A stretch of 64,000 bases of DNA from a bacterium (lineage in GTDB: Bacteria > Zhuqueibacterota > Zhuqueibacteria > Residuimicrobiales > Krinioviventaceae): assembly GCA_963693055.1 (NCBI GenBank), contig OY843751.1:3680001-3744000 (forward strand). The letters are read 5' to 3'. Positions 60,212 to 64,000 of the stretch are shown piece by piece. The notes under the pieces are model-generated. The model was given only the letters and a program-made list of their open reading frames with translations. It had not been told where the DNA came from and did not search any database. Every line of letters starts with the position of its first letter. The stretch's first letter is position 1. The position numbers and the translations under genes were made by a program.

Positions 60212-61480
60212 TTATTCGTTTTCAATGGGGATAAAAAATAGCATTAATAAACCCGGTATTGTTAATAACAATACCGATACAAAAAACCAGGTGTATCCCA
60301 ATTGCTGCTGCAAAAATCCGCTTAAACCACCGGGAATCATCATACCCAATGCCATAATACCTGTAGAAATGGCATAATGCGATGTTTTATAAGGCTCTTT
60401 GGCAAAATACATGAGGAATACCATAAAGGCGGTAAAGCCTATACCATAACCAAACTGCTCAAAACCCACCAACACATAGATTAGTGCCAGTGAAGGTTTA
60501 TATACTGACATGTAGATATAAACAACATCTGGCAGTTTTAACATCAAAGCCATGGGCCAGAGGCATTTTTTTAGTCCGAATTTAGAGATGAGCCAACCAC
60601 CCACTAATCCACCAATGACCAGCATCAAGACCCCCATGGTACCTTTAACCAGCCCAACGGTTTCGGTAGCCAAGCCCAATCCCCCAGCTTCAATAGGATC
60701 CAGTAAAAATGCGGGAGACATTTTTTCAAGAACCGCTTCACCCAGTCGATAAAGCAAAATAAACAATACAACAACCCATACTTTTTCCTGCTTGAAATAC
60801 GATACAAACACATCAAACATCTCTGTCAAGTCTTTGCCATGCTTTTTCTCAATCGTATTTTCTGGATAGGGTAAATAAAACCTATGAAACAGAAACATAA
60901 TTAAAAACAACAGACCGGTGAATCCCATTACGACCTGCCAACTCGCAGCCATTGAAAATGATCGTTTTTGCAGCAATCCAGCCAAAACAACCAGAAAACC
61001 GGATCCAAAAATAACAGCAATACGATAAAATGTGGATCTGACACCAACATATAAGGATTGCATTTTTTCAGACAACGACAGCATATAATAACCGTCAATG
61101 GCAATATCATGCGTGGCGGAAACAAAGGCAAGAGCTGAAAACACAATTATACTGGCAAGAATATAAAAATTAAACTGAAGAAAAGCGGCAAGTAAAAATA
61201 ATCCTACACCTAGTAAAAGCTCAGAGTAAACAACCCAGTTGCGTTTTGTAGATTGGGTATCAACCAACGGGGCCCACAGCATTTTAATTACCCAGGGCCA
61301 CATAAATATAAGTGCAGTTAACCCTATAAACTGGTTTGAAGCGCCCAGATTTTTATACATGATCACAGAGACACTATTGATCACTATATATGGTAAACCC
61401 TCTGCAAAATAAAGAGTTGGGACAAAAATCCACGGTTTGCGGTCAGGCCGCGAAGCAGTATCAGCCATACAAATAAACAA
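60212..61480 (-). CDS. ampG: AmpG-like MFS muropeptide transporter
   Basis: LYFAEGLP, PWVIKMLWAPLVD, SATHDIAIDG, YRLGE. Confidence 0.8.
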   Translation of the reverse strand: MFICMADTASRPDRKPWIFVPTLYFAEGLPYIVINSVSVIMYKNLGASNQFIGLTALIFMWPWVIKMLWAPLVDTQSTKRNWVVYSELLLGVGLFLLAAFLQFNFYILASIIVFSALAFVSATHDIAIDGYYMLSLSEKMQSLYVGVRSTFYRIAVIFGSGFLVVLAGLLQKRSFSMAASWQVVMGFTGLLFLIMFLFHRFYLPYPENTIEKKHGKDLTEMFDVFVSYFKQEKVWVVVLFILLYRLGEAVLEKMSPAFLLDPIEAGGLGLATETVGLVKGTMGVLMLVIGGLVGGWLISKFGLKKCLWPMALMLKLPDVVYIYMSVYKPSLALIYVLVGFEQFGYGIGFTAFMVFLMYFAKEPYKTSHYAISTGIMALGMMIPGGLSGFLQQQLGYTWFFVSVLLLTIPGLLMLFFIPIENE

Positions 61481-61503
61481 TCAGATTAATTATATTTCAA
61501 TTT

Positions 61504-62076
61504 TCAGGAATTACTGCGCAGATCTTTTTTCAGTCGCTTAATTTCATCTCGTATCTTGGCGGCATCTTCATAGCGTTCATCTTGAACAGCACTGCGAAGG
61601 TCAACATTCAACTGTTCCAAACGGTCCCCCGGGGCCAGTTCTTCATCAAAAACTTCTTCATCACCCTTGGTTTCATTCTCTGTTATCGACGCTTTTGACA
61701 TTACATCTTCTTCAACAAAAATGTCCGCTTTCATCCGTAAGGCTAGTGCAATAGCGTCACTGGGACGCGCATCAATATTTTTCACTTCACCATTAACATC
61801 CAACCCCAAAAGAGCAAAATAGGTATTATCCCTCAAATCATTTACAATAATACGTGAGATATAAACATCTATAGTTTCAAGTAGATTTTTAATCAAATCA
61901 TGGGTCAAAGGCCTCGGAGGAGAAATATTTTCCAACTGTAATGCTATCGCTTGAGCTTCTGTTGAACCGACGACTATGGGCAGCCATCGATTCAGTTTTT
62001 CATCTTTGAGAATAACGACAAAACGACTGGTCGCTGTGTCTAATGTTACACGTTCTACTTTAACGCGAACCAGCAT
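61504..62076 (-). CDS. Bifunctional nuclease family (DUF151) protein with UVR domain
   Basis: LPIVVGSTEAQAI, RPLTHDL, DARPSDAIALA; AVQDERYEDAAKIRDEI. Confidence 0.92.
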   Translation of the reverse strand: MLVRVKVERVTLDTATSRFVVILKDEKLNRWLPIVVGSTEAQAIALQLENISPPRPLTHDLIKNLLETIDVYISRIIVNDLRDNTYFALLGLDVNGEVKNIDARPSDAIALALRMKADIFVEEDVMSKASITENETKGDEEVFDEELAPGDRLEQLNVDLRSAVQDERYEDAAKIRDEIKRLKKDLRSNS

Positions 62077-62118
62077 TAACTTTCCTCCGTATTCAGAATA
62101 ACTACTTTTTGATCTGTA

Positions 62119-62147
62119 ATTTTACTAATTTTTCGTTCCAGTGTCAA
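62119..62147 (-). promoter_or_regulatory. Sigma70 promoter for the DUF151-ampG-namZ-efflux operon
   Basis: TTGACA-N17-TAAAAT on the minus strand. Confidence 0.7.
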
Positions 62148-62180
62148 GGTTTATTTTTATGATTTTTAATAACATACACC

Positions 62181-62546
62181 TTAATCCTCAAGGTCCAGTT
62201 TGCAAGACAAAAATTGACGATTTCGAGCGATCCATGCATATATTACTGGTGACAGTTTACGGAAAAACGGTAATCTCAAAATTCTGGCAATCCAGCGCCA
62301 TCGTTTTAAATTCGTAATAATCTCGGGTATACCGTCTGCACCGCTCAAAACTGAACCATCATTCAAAATTACTTGTATTGCGGTCATACAGGCATCGGTT
62401 GTTATCTGCGGAAAACGTTCTTTACGTTCATCAGACTGACAGGTAACATACTCGAAGCGATTTGGCAGTTGGTTTTTCTTAATCCAACGAACGCTCGCCT
62501 GGCATAATCCACATTCACCATCATATATTATAACTATTTTTTTCAA
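62181..62546 (-). CDS. DCC1-like thiol-disulfide oxidoreductase (DUF393)
   Basis: YDGECGLC; YAWIARNR. Confidence 0.88.
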   Translation of the reverse strand: MKKIVIIYDGECGLCQASVRWIKKNQLPNRFEYVTCQSDERKERFPQITTDACMTAIQVILNDGSVLSGADGIPEIITNLKRWRWIARILRLPFFRKLSPVIYAWIARNRQFLSCKLDLED

Positions 62547-62678
62547 AAGAATATGCGTTTTAAATTCACAATTATATCAAAAAAGTTGCATCACAATTCA
62601 TAATTTTGTATGTTGACAATCAATTGGAAATCAATTTATTGTCTTTAATCACCATTTCCTCATAATTACGGAGCCAAA

Positions 62679-63137
62679 ATGCTAACATTTGAAAATGCAA
62701 TTATTAAAAAATACTGGCCGGCTGAAAACAAGGTTGATGATGATATAATCCGTCAGGTTCATATACAGACAGAAGTCGAAATAGACAATTCCATGCAGGT
62801 TGCAGAGCTATATAACAATATGGTTCGCGGCCTTGTCAAAGTAGTACTGCTCGATACCTTGACTGGTGAAGAATACACCCTTCCTCCGGTTACTATCAGA
62901 CCCTTTAATGTAAAACAAAAGTCTGTTAAAACCGGCAAAGGTCGTGAAGCCGAAATCAGCAAAACCGAAATCGCTTCAATGACACTGGTAAGTAAATTAA
63001 GCGACAATAACGGAAGTACCATATTGTCCGACCTGTACCGGTTCTTTCATATTCAGATCACTATCAACATGTATGAACTCCAACTCGCAGACACGGTAGA
63101 AACCGACGAAAGCGAAGAAGAAGACGAATTAATCTAA
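62679..63137 (+). CDS. Hypothetical cytoplasmic protein with acidic tail
   Basis: 152-aa ORF with GGAG RBS; no motif recognised. Confidence 0.7.
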   Translation: MLTFENAIIKKYWPAENKVDDDIIRQVHIQTEVEIDNSMQVAELYNNMVRGLVKVVLLDTLTGEEYTLPPVTIRPFNVKQKSVKTGKGREAEISKTEIASMTLVSKLSDNNGSTILSDLYRFFHIQITINMYELQLADTVETDESEEEDELI

Positions 63138-63142
63138 TCTGT

Positions 63143-63661
63143 TTACAACAGGGACTTTAATGCCGCAAGTGCCTTGTCATAATCCGGGTGTGTGGCATTT
63201 TCCGAAACCTGCTCTTTATATCGAACAATCTGGTCCGCATCTACAATAAAAATCGAGCGGGCCAACAGTCTCAATTCTTTAATAACCACGCCATACGCCA
63301 TACCAAATGACAGATCACGATGATCAGACAATACTTTGACTTTATCAACGCCTGCGGCTCCGCACCAGCGTTTCTGAGCAAAAGGCAAATCAACACTTAG
63401 GGTCAATATCTCAACCTGATCGCCCAGTTTTGCGGCTTCTTCATTGAAACGTTTGGTTTGAATGTCACAAATTGAAGTATCCAAAGAGGTAACTATGTTA
63501 TATACCTGAATTTTGCCTGTTAAATCTTGAGATGAAAAGGTACCCAATGCATTATCAACTGCAGTAAAATATGGTGCCTTGTCACCCACATTCACTTCTG
63601 TACCCAAAAGGGTTACGGGATTGCCACCAACAGTTAATATATTTTTACGTTCGTTACTCAT
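63143..63661 (-). CDS. tpx: Thiol peroxidase (atypical 2-Cys peroxiredoxin)
   Basis: SLDTSIC, SVDLPFAQKRWCGA, PDYD. Confidence 0.93.
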   Translation of the reverse strand: MSNERKNILTVGGNPVTLLGTEVNVGDKAPYFTAVDNALGTFSSQDLTGKIQVYNIVTSLDTSICDIQTKRFNEEAAKLGDQVEILTLSVDLPFAQKRWCGAAGVDKVKVLSDHRDLSFGMAYGVVIKELRLLARSIFIVDADQIVRYKEQVSENATHPDYDKALAALKSLL

Positions 63662-63737
63662 AATATTCTCCCAAATTATTAGTACGTTTGGAAGATAAAA
63701 CGATTTGAAAAATGCAGATATTCCCCCGGATTTTGGA

Positions 63738-64000
63738 TCAGCTCATAAACTGAGTACGTCTCTGTATTTCTTTATCACTCCAGCTCTCACAACCAGGAAT
63801 CATGTTGCGAACAATGGATTTCACATCGGAACTATCTACAAGCCCTAATCGCAGTGCATGCTTGAGAGGTAAAAAATAATCTTCCGGAAGCACAAGGTAA
63901 TGTGCCTCACATTGCGGATGCGGCAAAGGATGCTTGATAAGACCGGTCATTGCTAAAAAGATTCCAACATAATGGCGATAGATCCCAACATTTCCCGGCG
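63738..64000 (-). CDS. Hypothetical protein, 5'-truncated by window
   Basis: Frame stays open from 63998 (PGNVGIYRHYVGIFLAMTG...). Confidence 0.55.
   Translation of the reverse strand, partial: PGNVGIYRHYVGIFLAMTGLIKHPLPHPQCEAHYLVLPEDYFLPLKHALRLGLVDSSDVKSIVRNMIPGCESWSDKEIQRRTQFMS

Noticed and set aside
1045-63022. Numerous 60-210 aa antisense or alternate-frame ORFs in the ORF track (e.g. 19441..19977, 30606..31217, 36320..36955, 46189..46725)
   Set aside because: They lie within or largely overlap well-supported genes and show no motifs; they are shadow ORFs.

Overview
Bacterial chromosomal window of roughly 40% GC (judged by eye). The host is inferred to be a KSB1/Calditrichota-like FCB-group organism, from a YSLSQNYPNPFNP-type C-terminal sorting domain together with canonical sigma70 promoters and GGAG ribosome-binding sites. 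The left two-thirds is rich in glycan-degradation genes: GH51, GH31 (split by a 1-nt frameshift), two GH141-like beta-helix proteins, GH127, GH28-like, GH36, SGNH, an FGE/sialidase-like fusion, an SSS transporter and a sulfatase maturase. It also carries an ECF sigma trio and a kdsB / deoxyhypusine-synthase-fold / Gfo-Idh-MocA operon. The right third holds an intact IS4-family element with a 12-bp TSD, a sigma54-preceded 1526-aa secreted beta-helix repeat protein, ppk2, a CPA2 antiporter, and a DUF151-ampG-namZ-3xMFP-permease-TolC operon with no ATPase. The most striking non-coding structure is a modular composite palindromic repeat in four consecutive intergenic spacers (28.6-34.4 kb). Each copy lies just downstream of a co-oriented unrelated gene, contains nested micro-palindromes, and one copy carries an IS1182-like MITE. 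No rRNA, tRNA or CRISPR array was seen.
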